Source: Candidatus Anstonellales archaeon (lineage in GTDB: Archaea; Micrarchaeota; Micrarchaeia; Anstonellales; J096). Taken from it: a stretch of 64,000 nucleotides of DNA. The notes beneath the pieces are model-generated. The model saw only the letters and a list, made by a program, of their open reading frames with translations. It was not told where the DNA came from and searched no databases. Positions within the stretch are counted from its first letter, which is position 1; each line of letters opens with the position of its first letter. A program made the position numbers and the translations under genes. Shown here piece by piece: positions 37,215 through 46,713 of this stretch. The DNA is taken from the NCBI GenBank assembly GCA_038890615.1, contig JAWAFI010000001.1, positions 494,629 through 558,628 on the forward strand, in the 5' to 3' direction.

Positions 37215-38226
37215 CGTAATAACCCCTAGGCAGATATCATTCCTTGATTTGAATGGGAAGAAGGTAGGGATTGATGCATTCAATACGCTCTACCAGTTCC
37301 TTTCCTCAATAAGGCAGGAAGACGGCACCCCGCTCCAAGACATGAAAGGCAATGTAACTTCCCATCTTGCAGGCATACTTTACAGGACAGCACGCTTCTT
37401 TGAGTTTGGGGTGCTTCCAGTTTATGTCTTTGATGGCGAGAAAACGCCTTTTAAGATAAAGGAGATTGAAAGGAGGGCAGAGCAGAAGAGGCTTGCAGAG
37501 GAAAGGCTAAGGAAGGCAATTGAGGAAGAGAGGGTTGAGGAGGTAGGGAGGTATGCAAAGGCAGTAATTAAGCTTGACAAGCAGAAGATTTCTGAGAGCA
37601 AGGAGCTCATATCTTCATTGGGAATACCTGTAGTAACTGCTATGTTTGAAGGCGAGGCAGAGGCGGCTTCAATGGCTTCAAAGGGGCTTATTGATGGAGT
37701 CGCTTCGCAGGACTACGATGCCTTGGTATTCGGGGCTCCAGTGCTCTACAGGAACTTGACGCTTAACGAAAGGAGAAGGGTTGGAGGGAGGGAGATAACA
37801 GTAAGGCCTGAAATGCTTATCCAGAGTGAAGTGCTCAAGCAGCTTGGCATAACCAAGGAAAAGCTAGTTTGGCTTGCGCTGCTCATAGGCACTGATTTCA
37901 ACCAGGGCATTACAGGGGTAGGCGCTAAGAAAGGGCTTGCGCTTGTTAAAAGCGTCCAAAGCTTCAACGAATTGAAAACTATTGTGGCAGAGAAGTATAA
38001 GCAGGAGTTTGAGGATTACATAGATGAGGTGGCTGAGTTCTTCCTGAACCCACCTGTTCACAGCGATTACTCAATAAAGTGGTCCAAGCCAGACAAAGGG
38101 AAGGTCTTCTCAATACTTTGCAAGGAGCACGATTTTTCAGAGGAAAGGGTGGCTAAGGTGCTTGAGAGGATGGAATCTGCATATGAGAAGAGGATAATGC
38201 AGAGAAGGATAGACAGCTGGTTTTAG
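37195..38226 (+). CDS. fen: Flap endonuclease 1
   Basis: MGVDI, DAFNTLYQFLSSIRQ, EGEAEA, SQDYD, GTDFN, PIP box QRRIDSWF. Confidence 0.98.
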   Translation: MGVDISSVITPRQISFLDLNGKKVGIDAFNTLYQFLSSIRQEDGTPLQDMKGNVTSHLAGILYRTARFFEFGVLPVYVFDGEKTPFKIKEIERRAEQKRLAEERLRKAIEEERVEEVGRYAKAVIKLDKQKISESKELISSLGIPVVTAMFEGEAEAASMASKGLIDGVASQDYDALVFGAPVLYRNLTLNERRRVGGREITVRPEMLIQSEVLKQLGITKEKLVWLALLIGTDFNQGITGVGAKKGLALVKSVQSFNELKTIVAEKYKQEFEDYIDEVAEFFLNPPVHSDYSIKWSKPDKGKVFSILCKEHDFSEERVAKVLERMESAYEKRIMQRRIDSWF

Positions 38227-38232
38227 CCATTT

Positions 38233-38469
38233 TTAATCCTTAAGCAAACCATCAAGTTCTTCTGCAAGCGCCTTTATGTCCTTTGCGCCTTTAACAACTA
38301 TCCTTCCGCTTTCATATACTGTTATTGCGCAGTCCTTGTAGAATGCGAAAACAGCCACAGGCAGCTGGGCGAATACCTCTATCTTTTTGCACGCCTTCTT
38401 TAGGTCGATGTGCCTTCCAAGCATTATTTCATAAGTATTGCTTGATGAGCACACTTCGTTAATCTCCAA
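38233..38469 (-). CDS. Small protein, TBP-like fold suspected
   Basis: ITVYESGRIVVKG; overlaps the E1 gene end. Confidence 0.6.
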   Translation of the reverse strand: MEINEVCSSSNTYEIMLGRHIDLKKACKKIEVFAQLPVAVFAFYKDCAITVYESGRIVVKGAKDIKALAEELDGLLKD

Positions 38470-39145
38470 GCTTTACCACCTCAGTGAGCTTCCTGCTAAA
38501 AGGCCTTACTATCAAGAGCTCCCCTTCCTTGAGCGAAGTTTTTCCTAAGAGAAAGTTTATTGCCTGCTGCGCCTGTATTGCCCCGGTTATGATTGCTGCT
38601 CCTGTGAAAATTGAGGTACATTTCCTATATTTTGAAAATATGTGCTTGCTAAGCCTCTTCCCTCTGCTTGGAAGCATGAAAGTTTTTTCAATATTCTTGC
38701 CTTTCATGAGCCCAACTATGCCCATGCCTTTCCCTGCAGCCCCGTAGCAGGCCATTCTACTTCCTATGATCCTGCCGTTCTTTGCCTTCTGGTAGGCGCT
38801 GTCGCTGCATTCCAAATATATGTCCGCCTTGACATAGCGGAAAGGCTCTGAAAATGCCTTGACATTAGCCCATTTGTTTATTGCAAGTATCCTTTCCTTT
38901 ACAACTCCTGCCTTTGGCTTCCCCAACGTTTCAAATGTTGCTCCTATCTGCCTGTTTATGTTTGTGATCTCTACCTTGTCAGGGTCAAAGAGCAGGAAAT
39001 TTCCAATGCCTGCCCTTGCCAATACCTCTGCTGCTATGCTGCCCAGCCCGCCAAGCCCTGCTATGGCGACAGAGCTTTTGCAGAGCTTGCGCTGCTCGCT
39101 TTCTGTTATTGCGCCTATGTTCCTTTCAAATATATGAAACTTCAT
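38459..39145 (-). CDS. ThiF/MoeB/UbaA-family E1-like adenylyltransferase
   Basis: GLGGLGS, DPDKVEITNINRQ, GKPKA. Confidence 0.92.
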   Translation of the reverse strand: MKFHIFERNIGAITESEQRKLCKSSVAIAGLGGLGSIAAEVLARAGIGNFLLFDPDKVEITNINRQIGATFETLGKPKAGVVKERILAINKWANVKAFSEPFRYVKADIYLECSDSAYQKAKNGRIIGSRMACYGAAGKGMGIVGLMKGKNIEKTFMLPSRGKRLSKHIFSKYRKCTSIFTGAAIITGAIQAQQAINFLLGKTSLKEGELLIVRPFSRKLTEVVKLGD

Positions 39146-39872
39146 AGCCAAACTCATTTGCCATCCTTTCTATAAATGCTTTTTGCCTGCCGCTTACGCC
39201 TTTCTCTACGGCAACCCCTGCTGTTTTCCCTACAACCTTGTCAACTGCCTGCCTGAATGTGTCTTCACGCAGTGAGTCAATGCTGTACTTTGGGAGCATG
39301 TGTCCGAAGCAGATCCCTTTTTCAAGAGCAAGCGCAGTGAATTTTGGGGCATAGTGGCCTCCTCCAATGCCAAAAAAGCTCTCTTCTTCTTCAACATCCA
39401 GCGATTTGACTACTGCCTTTGCCACTATCTCTGCGAGCGCCCTTTCCCTCCATTGTGCTTCTGTTGAGCCGATCTCATAAAATGTTATGGGCATTTCCAC
39501 TGTTGGGCCGTGGTGGTCCACCTCGTAACTAACGCTTACTGAGAGACCCCTTGCCCTTGCTTCCCTATCCATTGCTTCCAGAGCCCTTTTCATCCTTGCA
39601 GGGCTTGCGATGCTCAACGTCCTTGGCTCGCCACCAAACTCATTGCCCTCCCAATTGCCAGGGGTGTGCACTGTGAGTGTAGGCCTGTTGCTTTCTGACC
39701 TATGCGGGCTTAACACTATGCATTCATCCCCCTTTGCCTTTATGTTGAGCACGCTTTTCACTTCTTGCCCTTCTATCCTTATCCGCTCTGTTTCTTTAAA
39801 CCCAATGTCAAGAAGAGCCTTTGCAATGTTCCTGCTTGCCTCCTCTTTAATTGTGTACAAGATGTAAAGCAT
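39126..39872 (-). CDS. dtdA: D-aminoacyl-tRNA deacylase (archaeal DTD2)
   Basis: SPHRSE, LTVHTPGN, EVDHHGP, EIGS, GGGHYAP. Confidence 0.94.
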   Translation of the reverse strand: MLYILYTIKEEASRNIAKALLDIGFKETERIRIEGQEVKSVLNIKAKGDECIVLSPHRSESNRPTLTVHTPGNWEGNEFGGEPRTLSIASPARMKRALEAMDREARARGLSVSVSYEVDHHGPTVEMPITFYEIGSTEAQWRERALAEIVAKAVVKSLDVEEEESFFGIGGGHYAPKFTALALEKGICFGHMLPKYSIDSLREDTFRQAVDKVVGKTAGVAVEKGVSGRQKAFIERMANEFGYEVSYI

Positions 39873-39920
39873 CAAAAAGATATATGAAAAATAATTTAAA
39901 TGTTATTGCAATATATGCTT

Positions 39921-40214
39921 ATGGAAAGAGAATCCCTAAACCGGGTAGCCCTTCTCTTCAAGGTGCTGGGGAGCGAGCTGAGGCTTAACATTCTTCTCCT
40001 TCTTGGCAAAGGCCCTGCAAGCGTTGGCAAGATAGTGAAGCACTGCGGGCAGGAGCAGAGCCTTGTTTCGCACAACCTGAGCATGCTCAGGAGGCTCAAC
40101 ATGGTCCATGACCTGAAGAAAGGGAGAAGCAGGTTTTACAGGGTTGACCCTAAGATGTGGAAAATCGTTCAGGAGGTAATAAAGCCTGCGCTTCTATTCG
40201 GGAAGAACCTTTGA
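39921..40214 (+). CDS. ArsR/SmtB-family transcriptional regulator
   Basis: FKVLGSELRLNIL, QSLVSHNLSML, GRSRFY. Confidence 0.92.
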   Translation: MERESLNRVALLFKVLGSELRLNILLLLGKGPASVGKIVKHCGQEQSLVSHNLSMLRRLNMVHDLKKGRSRFYRVDPKMWKIVQEVIKPALLFGKNL

Positions 40215-40733
40215 AGCCAGTATGTTGAAAAGGGGGCCAAGGTAGTAGGTAGAGGCGTTGCCAGCCAAGAACCCGGTTATGAGCCTAACTAGGTTTGAGC
40301 TTTCATAAAGCCCTATGAACTGCAGACCTCCATCAATTGCAAGGGGGGCTATTGCTGCAATGTAAAGCCAAACCTCTGGCACTTCCTTCCTTCTCCACTC
40401 CCCTGCAATCAGCAGTGCAAATGCAGAAACTAGCATCCCTGTGTATATCCCCACGTCCCTTGAGCAAATAGGGAACTTGTAGCCCACTTTCCCATTTTTT
40501 ATTACCTCTATTGTCCTCGCCCCCTCAAGCACTGAGCTATCTTCTGTGCAATCCTCAACTGATGAGCCGAACAAGCAATAGGAGCGTGAGTTGAGCTCAT
40601 GGCAGAAAAGCTTGTAGAATCCATATATGCCCCTAACATCTACACCCCGCTGCGCCATGAAGGGTGAGGCAATTGCCAAGGCTACGAATGCAAAAAGAGC
40701 TGCAAAGAAAAGCAGAAATCCTAAGCCCCTCAT
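40194..40733 (-). CDS. DUF2085-family membrane protein
   Basis: FCHE..RS, PICSRDVGIY, IDGGLQ, SSNLVRLITG. Confidence 0.88.
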   Translation of the reverse strand: MRGLGFLLFFAALFAFVALAIASPFMAQRGVDVRGIYGFYKLFCHELNSRSYCLFGSSVEDCTEDSSVLEGARTIEVIKNGKVGYKFPICSRDVGIYTGMLVSAFALLIAGEWRRKEVPEVWLYIAAIAPLAIDGGLQFIGLYESSNLVRLITGFLAGNASTYYLGPLFNILASKVLPE

Positions 40734-41206
40734 TTTATCCTCTCTCTTTTGGTTTCTTCTTTCATCCAAGGATAGACAATCCATTTGCTCGCTTTGTTTG
40801 CGTAGTAATGAGGTTTTATTGATGAGCTTTGCTTGTAGTCAATCACTGCTACCCTGATTTCCTTTGCGCCTCTCCTCTTTATATGGTCTATTGCAACCTG
40901 CATGCTCATCCCTGTGTCCACTATGTCATCAACAACCAGCACCTTTTTGCCCTTCACATCAATGTTGAGAGGCTGAACTATCTTCGGGAAACCTATTGTT
41001 TTGCCTGCGCCTTTATAGAAGACCACCCTCATTATCCCTATGTTGCTGTTGCCGAGCTTATCTGAAAGCAGGCGCACAGGCACCAGCCCTCCGCGCGATA
41101 TGCCAACCAACACATCAGGCTCAAAATCCTTTTTTATCATATCCCCAAGCTTTGCACAGGATTTCTCTACGCTGCTCCATGTTATGTAAGAAAATTTTAT
41201 TGCCAT
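40730..41206 (-). CDS. Purine phosphoribosyltransferase (type I PRTase)
   Basis: ISRGGLVP, VLVVDDIVDTG, WIVYPW. Confidence 0.93.
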   Translation of the reverse strand: MAIKFSYITWSSVEKSCAKLGDMIKKDFEPDVLVGISRGGLVPVRLLSDKLGNSNIGIMRVVFYKGAGKTIGFPKIVQPLNIDVKGKKVLVVDDIVDTGMSMQVAIDHIKRRGAKEIRVAVIDYKQSSSIKPHYYANKASKWIVYPWMKEETKRERIK

Positions 41207-41231
41207 TATTATACAGCCTTTTTTTTAATTA

Positions 41232-41639
41232 TTAAGGCACAAGGTTTCCTGGCAGAAGAATATAAACCAAGAGGGCAGAGCCAATTATTGCGATCGCATA
41301 GCCTACATTGAACCACTTTGCCGCAACCTCTTTCTTGAGAAGAGCAGTTTTACCTGCCCTCGCAGAGAAGGAGACAACCATTGCGCCCAAAAGCAAAATG
41401 AAAACAGAAACCCACAGCCACGGTATCCATGCTGGATTCTCCTGAGACGCTCCGTAAGGGCTGAATAGCAGCATGTAAGCCACCCCAAGCACTGAAATAA
41501 CAAAAATTACTATTCCCGCAAGCGCAATTGCCTGCTTGCCCTTTACTATTCCTAACACCTCTCCGTACTTTAAGTATGAGGCAAGAAGTGCAGAGCCTAC
41601 TGCAAGTGCAGCGCAGACCCAAAAAAGCCACACAATCAT
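41232..41639 (-). CDS. Four-TM membrane protein
   Basis: Hydrophobic ORF; ATG 41639 lies 21 nt from TTTAAA at 41661. Confidence 0.65.
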   Translation of the reverse strand: MIVWLFWVCAALAVGSALLASYLKYGEVLGIVKGKQAIALAGIVIFVISVLGVAYMLLFSPYGASQENPAWIPWLWVSVFILLLGAMVVSFSARAGKTALLKKEVAAKWFNVGYAIAIIGSALLVYILLPGNLVP

Positions 41640-41688
41640 GCTCAGCAAAGGCAAAATACATTTAAATCCCTTTTGCCCTTTCCCTATA

Positions 41689-41784
41689 AGCCTCCTTAGC
41701 TCAGCGGCAGAGCGCTCGCCTCGTATTCTCTAAGCGAGGCTCTGGGAAAGCGAGAGGTCGTGGGTTCAATCCCCACAGGAGGCT
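41689..41784 (+). tRNA. tRNA-Thr(CGT) with 23-nt intron at 37/38 (41726-41748)
   Basis: Acceptor GCCTCCT/AGGAGGC, D stem GCTC/GAGC, anticodon stem CTCGC/GCGAG, T arm GTGGG-TTCAATC-CCCAC. Confidence 0.93.
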
Positions 41785-41829
41785 ATTTAAAAACAAACCC
41801 TTAAAAATACCTTTAGACAACATAATATA

Positions 41830-42852
41830 ATGGCAGATTTCAAAGAGGCTTTGGATGCAACAAAGCAGGAGAAGCTTTGGCACAGGAAATGCTTCACCCA
41901 ACGCTACCTTTCATCTTACACCTTAAAGCCTGAGGACAGGTACAAGAACCATATTGATTCCTACTTGGATGTAATGGGCTCTTTCTGCAGCAATGCGCTC
42001 ATGAAATTTGACCCCCCTGTAATGAGGGCGCACCTTCTTTCAAGTACTAAATACCCTCTTGAAACGATAATGGAGCTTTTCTCAGTAATAGACCAGAACG
42101 AAGAAACAATGGAAAAGATTGCAGAATGCCTTTTTACAGTTTACCAAGTGCATGGAAGGCTAACAGGGCTTGTAGGGCCTGGCCAGCATGAAAACCTCAA
42201 GAATGTATTGCTTGAGGTGGTTAAGTATACAACTGAAATTTTCACCGAGAAGCCGTTGTTCCTCTCGCTTGCAAAGAATGGCCTGCAGGTTAGCGGAGTC
42301 ATTCCTGATTTCCTGGCTTCAAGCCCAACGCTAGTTTTTGACATGCTGCCAACATTCCATCCATTTATAGGCAGCAACAGCATCCTTACAATGACCTCCT
42401 ACACTAGGGAGGAATATACGCTTATGCGAGACATAAACAGGTTCAGGGTTCATGAAGATTACCTCATATATGAAATACCACAGGAGCTCAGGAGGCCTCT
42501 TGTGGACAGGGACATGCTTATCTATATAAAAGAGAGGAAGCCAGCTATCGTGCTTGATTATGTATGCTATATTAAGCACATGTCAAACCACTTCTTGGTA
42601 ATGAAAGGGATAGGGAGGCCTCTGCGGCACAAGGAATTCGCTGAGAAGTATGTGCAGGATTTCTTGATAACCGCAAAGAAGGCGCTTTCAGAGCTGGGCA
42701 TAGAAGGACCTATTTCTGCGGCCAACATAGCTATTTCATCAAATGGAGCGGTAGTGCTTACTAACTTCTCCTCATTCACTGCAACTTCTAAGGAAGCAAT
42801 TTCAGAAATAGCAAAGATAGCTCTGAAGGGCAAGCCAGTTGATATCAAGTAG
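41830..42852 (+). CDS. Hypothetical protein with possible degenerate kinase-like C-terminal domain
   Basis: LVMKGIGRPL...LSELGIEGPISAANIAISSNGAVVLTNFS. Confidence 0.6.
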   Translation: MADFKEALDATKQEKLWHRKCFTQRYLSSYTLKPEDRYKNHIDSYLDVMGSFCSNALMKFDPPVMRAHLLSSTKYPLETIMELFSVIDQNEETMEKIAECLFTVYQVHGRLTGLVGPGQHENLKNVLLEVVKYTTEIFTEKPLFLSLAKNGLQVSGVIPDFLASSPTLVFDMLPTFHPFIGSNSILTMTSYTREEYTLMRDINRFRVHEDYLIYEIPQELRRPLVDRDMLIYIKERKPAIVLDYVCYIKHMSNHFLVMKGIGRPLRHKEFAEKYVQDFLITAKKALSELGIEGPISAANIAISSNGAVVLTNFSSFTATSKEAISEIAKIALKGKPVDIK

Positions 42853-42883
42853 CCTTTTAATCCTTGGCTTGCTTATACCATTG

Positions 42884-43852
42884 ATGATACTTATTATAGC
42901 TGAGGGGCTGGGATTCGGCCACCTAAGGAGGATGGAGCGGCTCCGCTCATATTTTGAGAAAAAAGGAGAGGAATGCCTCCTTCTCACAGACACCAAAATG
43001 GAGGGTGAGGCAGACGCTGACTTCCTCCCGATATCAGTGCCAATACACATAGAGAAAAACCAGATTCGCCTTGGCACAACTATGCTTGAGATAATGAAGA
43101 AGAGCAATCCCCTTACTATAAACAAGATATACAACTATGTAAAGAGACATAACCCCGAGAAAGTGATAGTTGACACAAACCTTTTCTCCCTTGCAGCTCT
43201 AACCCTTCTAAGGAAGCCGGTTTACTATGTTACCAACAACAACGATTTGTCTGTCTTCACAAGCAATGGAATCCTTGACCAAGGCTCAAACCTGCTCGTT
43301 TCCCTTATAGAATCAAGGTCGCAAAGGGTTTTTGTGCCTGATTTCCCACATCCATTCTCGGTATGCGAATACAACCTTGAGATAAAGAATTCAAGCAAAT
43401 ATCTGTTTGTTGGACCTATGGTTGAAAGGAGTGCCTCTCGGAAGGCAAAAGGGAGAGCCCTTTTCTCTTTTGGGAAGGAATCCCACCACTACTCTAAATT
43501 CCTTTCTATGAAAACTTCCTTCAAGAAGGTTCTTCCTGATGCTGAAGACCCTTATGCAGCAGAAGTGGTAGTAAGCCATGGAGGCCATACAACAATAATG
43601 GAGTCGCTTTCAAAAGGCATTCCTATGGTGCTCCTTCCTTTCACAAACTACGGGGAGCGCGTCAACAACGCCAAGAAGGCTGTTGAGATGGGGGTTGCAG
43701 TATCAGCAAACCCAGCAGTGCTTTCTGAACAGGGGTTGGAAATGGCGATAGAGAAAGCAGCCTCGCTTGCCCCCAATGCCTCAATATTTAAAAAGAAAGC
43801 AGGAGAAATGGACCCATACAAGGCAATATACGAAGAGGTTTTTGGAGCATGA
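42884..43852 (+). CDS. GT-B glycosyltransferase (GT28/MJ1255-like)
   Basis: EGLGFGH, VVSHGGHTTIMESL, GERVNNA. Confidence 0.9.
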   Translation: MILIIAEGLGFGHLRRMERLRSYFEKKGEECLLLTDTKMEGEADADFLPISVPIHIEKNQIRLGTTMLEIMKKSNPLTINKIYNYVKRHNPEKVIVDTNLFSLAALTLLRKPVYYVTNNNDLSVFTSNGILDQGSNLLVSLIESRSQRVFVPDFPHPFSVCEYNLEIKNSSKYLFVGPMVERSASRKAKGRALFSFGKESHHYSKFLSMKTSFKKVLPDAEDPYAAEVVVSHGGHTTIMESLSKGIPMVLLPFTNYGERVNNAKKAVEMGVAVSANPAVLSEQGLEMAIEKAASLAPNASIFKKKAGEMDPYKAIYEEVFGA

Positions 43853-44265
43853 AGGGAGACCTCGCAATGGAAACAATAATCAGGCTGGTTGTAATAATAG
43901 TAGTTACAACAGTAGTGATCCAGCTCATAATAAGCTGGTACAATGAGATAAAGGGCACCTCATTCCCTTCGCTTGTTGCGCAGCCAAAGCAGGAGGTTTC
44001 TATTGTGAGGGGGAGGATAAGCGACCCTGTGCTTGAGGGGCTTGTCAAGAACTGCTATGACCGCTTCCAGGTTGAGGCGCCTCAGCATGTTGTAGAGGAC
44101 TGCTACGTTGTGCAGTCTGATGGGCTTTTGCTTTACACAGTTAGTGCTGACTTTGTTGAGAAGGTCCAAACCAAGCATAAAATAAGTGTTGTGATAGGTG
44201 ACCTCAATAAAGACACTGCAATAATTTCCTACAACGTTGCCACTAATTCAGTGGTGATAAAGTAA
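43849..44265 (+). CDS. Type IV pilin-like protein with class III signal peptide
   Basis: MKG/DLAMETIIRLVVIIVV: KG cleavage site, Glu at +5, hydrophobic helix. Confidence 0.72.
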   Translation: MKGDLAMETIIRLVVIIVVTTVVIQLIISWYNEIKGTSFPSLVAQPKQEVSIVRGRISDPVLEGLVKNCYDRFQVEAPQHVVEDCYVVQSDGLLLYTVSADFVEKVQTKHKISVVIGDLNKDTAIISYNVATNSVVIK

Positions 44266-44627
44266 TGGTGGAGTGGGAAGCAGTCGGCACGATAGTGGTT
44301 TTCGTAGTGCTTATAAATGTAATAATCCTCTACCTCCAATCAGTTGAGCCCCCTTATTTCAGGCCCATCTCAAGCCTCCATAAATGCTACACAGGGGAGG
44401 TTGCAAAGAAGGAGTTCATAGGCTCGCTCATTTCTGGCTGTGCAGGAAACTACACGCTTTCAGAGCCAGTGAGCTATTACGAGATAGAGGAGGCAGCGAA
44501 CTACACAGGCATGACAGCTGCCCTTGACAGGGAGTGCATCTCAAAGGCTGACATAGTTGTTTCAAAGCCAATACTTAATGGGAAGGTAAGCGCCATAGAA
44601 TTTGAGGGGCAAATCAAGGTGTGCTAG
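44265..44627 (+). CDS. Small N-terminally anchored protein
   Basis: N-terminal TM, four Cys; 1-nt overlap with pilin-like gene. Confidence 0.6.
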   Translation: MVEWEAVGTIVVFVVLINVIILYLQSVEPPYFRPISSLHKCYTGEVAKKEFIGSLISGCAGNYTLSEPVSYYEIEEAANYTGMTAALDRECISKADIVVSKPILNGKVSAIEFEGQIKVC

Positions 44628-45141
44628 TTGTTATATTGCTCCTTATTATCTTTCTTATCTTTGCCTCTATCTCCCTTTTGTCTGCATCAGAAACTTCTGG
44701 GCTCCTCTTTATTACCTTCTCGTAGAATTGCGAGACAAGCTTTATTGTCTTCTGCTTGTCAAGCGCATAAGCCTTTTTAATATAATCCTTTGAGCGCGGG
44801 TCATTCATGAAAAGCAGGCAGACGAATGCAACAAAGCAGGAATCCACATTCTCCTCTATAGCATTGCCTTCCAAGGCATGCTTATAGGCAGTTTTTATCT
44901 TTCCTAGCTTAAGGGCTAAATAGGCCATGCCGTTTGTGTACTTTACGCTCCTCTTAAGTGCATTAGCCCTTTGGAAGTATTCCATAGCCCTTCCATTCTC
45001 TTCTAGAAGCATTGCGCTAAGCCCCATAAGATACCACATCTCTGGGTGCTCATTCCTCTTTACCTCCTCTGCAAGCATGTCCAGGGCATCGCGTAGCTTC
45101 CCCTCGTCTATTAGCTGCCTTGCCTTTTCTAGTGGGTCCAT
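44614..45141 (-). CDS. TPR-repeat protein
   Basis: PEMWYLMGLSA...AMEYFQRA. Confidence 0.8.
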   Translation of the reverse strand: MDPLEKARQLIDEGKLRDALDMLAEEVKRNEHPEMWYLMGLSAMLLEENGRAMEYFQRANALKRSVKYTNGMAYLALKLGKIKTAYKHALEGNAIEENVDSCFVAFVCLLFMNDPRSKDYIKKAYALDKQKTIKLVSQFYEKVIKRSPEVSDADKREIEAKIRKIIRSNITTSTP

Positions 45142-45237
45142 TGCTATCCTTTATTAGCCACCATTTTTAAACCTTCCCGCCCATAACTCACAAGGGAAAG
45201 AAAACCTTTATAAACAAAAGCCCACACTTAATATAAT

Positions 45238-45483
45238 ATGCCAAAAAATGTGCAGGCGCCAACTACTGAAATGCAGAAAATAGAGGAAGAAAAGAAAGTG
45301 CAGCCAAAAGAAGGAGTGCCTGTGAAAGTTCCGCATGAGTATCAAGGGACAGATGCCCCTGTTGTGGTAAATGCATTAGATTGGCTAGGAAAGTCAGGTG
45401 TTGAAAGCCAACCTTCACCGTTGCTTGCTTCAAAGAATTTAACTTGGACACTGCGGGAACTGGAAAGGGAAAGCCTCGCTTAA
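45238..45483 (+). CDS. Small hypothetical protein
   Basis: 81 aa; TTTATAAA box upstream. Confidence 0.55.
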   Translation: MPKNVQAPTTEMQKIEEEKKVQPKEGVPVKVPHEYQGTDAPVVVNALDWLGKSGVESQPSPLLASKNLTWTLRELERESLA

Positions 45484-45507
45484 TTTTATAAACAGCTTGT
45501 TATTATA

Positions 45508-46713
45508 ATGCGCGTCGTTGCTGATTTGCACATCCATTCCCCCTATTCAAGAGCCACCAGCCATGCGCTTACTTTGGAAGGCATTGCAGAGGCAGCGCGC
45601 TGGAAGGGTATAAACCTAATAGCAACAGGCGACTTCACCCATCCAGAGTGGATGGCGCGCATAAGGAAAGAGCTTGAAGAGGACGGCTCAGGGTTGCTTA
45701 AGGGCTATGGGATGAATTTCATACTTAGCGCTGAGGTTTGCTGTGTTTTTGAGGTGAAGGGTAAGATAAGGAAGGTGCATGTTATTGTGCTTATGCCCTC
45801 AATAGAGGAGGCTTTGCACTTTATAGACAGCTTGGCTCCTGCTGACCTGAAGGCAGATGGGAGGCCTACGCTCATGATAAGCCCATCTGAATTGGTTGAC
45901 AGGGCTGTTGCTTCATCAGAGCGCGCTATGATAATACCAGCGCACATATGGACTCCTTGGTATTCCTTGTTTGGCTCTGTTTTCGGGGTTGATTCGCTGA
46001 AGGAGGCATTTGACAAGCCTCAACATATAACTGCTTTTGAGACAGGGTTAAGCTCTGATCCAGCCATGAACTGGATGCTGAGCTGGATGGACAGCTTTTC
46101 TTTAGTCAGCAACAGCGACGCCCACAGCCGGGACAAAATAGGCAGGGAAGCGAATGTGCTTGACTTGCCAGAGGCAACTTACGATGCGCTTCATTATGCA
46201 ATAAAGACTAAGAAGGGCTTCCTTAAGACATTTGAGTTCTTTCCAGAGGAGGGTAAATACCACTTAGATGGCCACAGGGAGTGCAAGGTGCGCCTTACAC
46301 CTGAGGAAACCAAAAAGCTCAAGGGAATATGCCCAGTGTGCGGGAAAAGGCTCACAAGGGGGGTTCTCAATAGGGTATATGAGCTCAGCGACAGGCCCTA
46401 TGGCTACAAGCCGCAGTCAGCAGTGCCTTTCCAGCGCATAATACCTCTCAAGGAGCTCCTGCTCTCAATAGGTTTCAAGGAGAAGGGCGCAGCAGAGCTC
46501 TGCTCCTCAATCTCTTCTTATTTCAACGGAGAGCTGAATATATATGAAGCTTCTGATGAGCAGATCAAGCTTGCAGTGCCCCCAAAGGTGGCTGGGGCAA
46601 TAATAAAGGTTAAAAATGAAAGGGTGAAATGGTATGCTGGCTATGATGGCTTGTTTGGAAGCTTTGAGCTCGAGCCAGACAACACATTGGGAAGGTGGCT
46701 GAATGAACAATGA
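45508..46713 (+). CDS. Endonuclease Q-family PHP nuclease
   Basis: DLHIHSPYS, GDFTHP, PAHIWTPW, SNSDAHS, GKYH, CPVCG. Confidence 0.93.
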   Translation: MRVVADLHIHSPYSRATSHALTLEGIAEAARWKGINLIATGDFTHPEWMARIRKELEEDGSGLLKGYGMNFILSAEVCCVFEVKGKIRKVHVIVLMPSIEEALHFIDSLAPADLKADGRPTLMISPSELVDRAVASSERAMIIPAHIWTPWYSLFGSVFGVDSLKEAFDKPQHITAFETGLSSDPAMNWMLSWMDSFSLVSNSDAHSRDKIGREANVLDLPEATYDALHYAIKTKKGFLKTFEFFPEEGKYHLDGHRECKVRLTPEETKKLKGICPVCGKRLTRGVLNRVYELSDRPYGYKPQSAVPFQRIIPLKELLLSIGFKEKGAAELCSSISSYFNGELNIYEASDEQIKLAVPPKVAGAIIKVKNERVKWYAGYDGLFGSFELEPDNTLGRWLNEQ

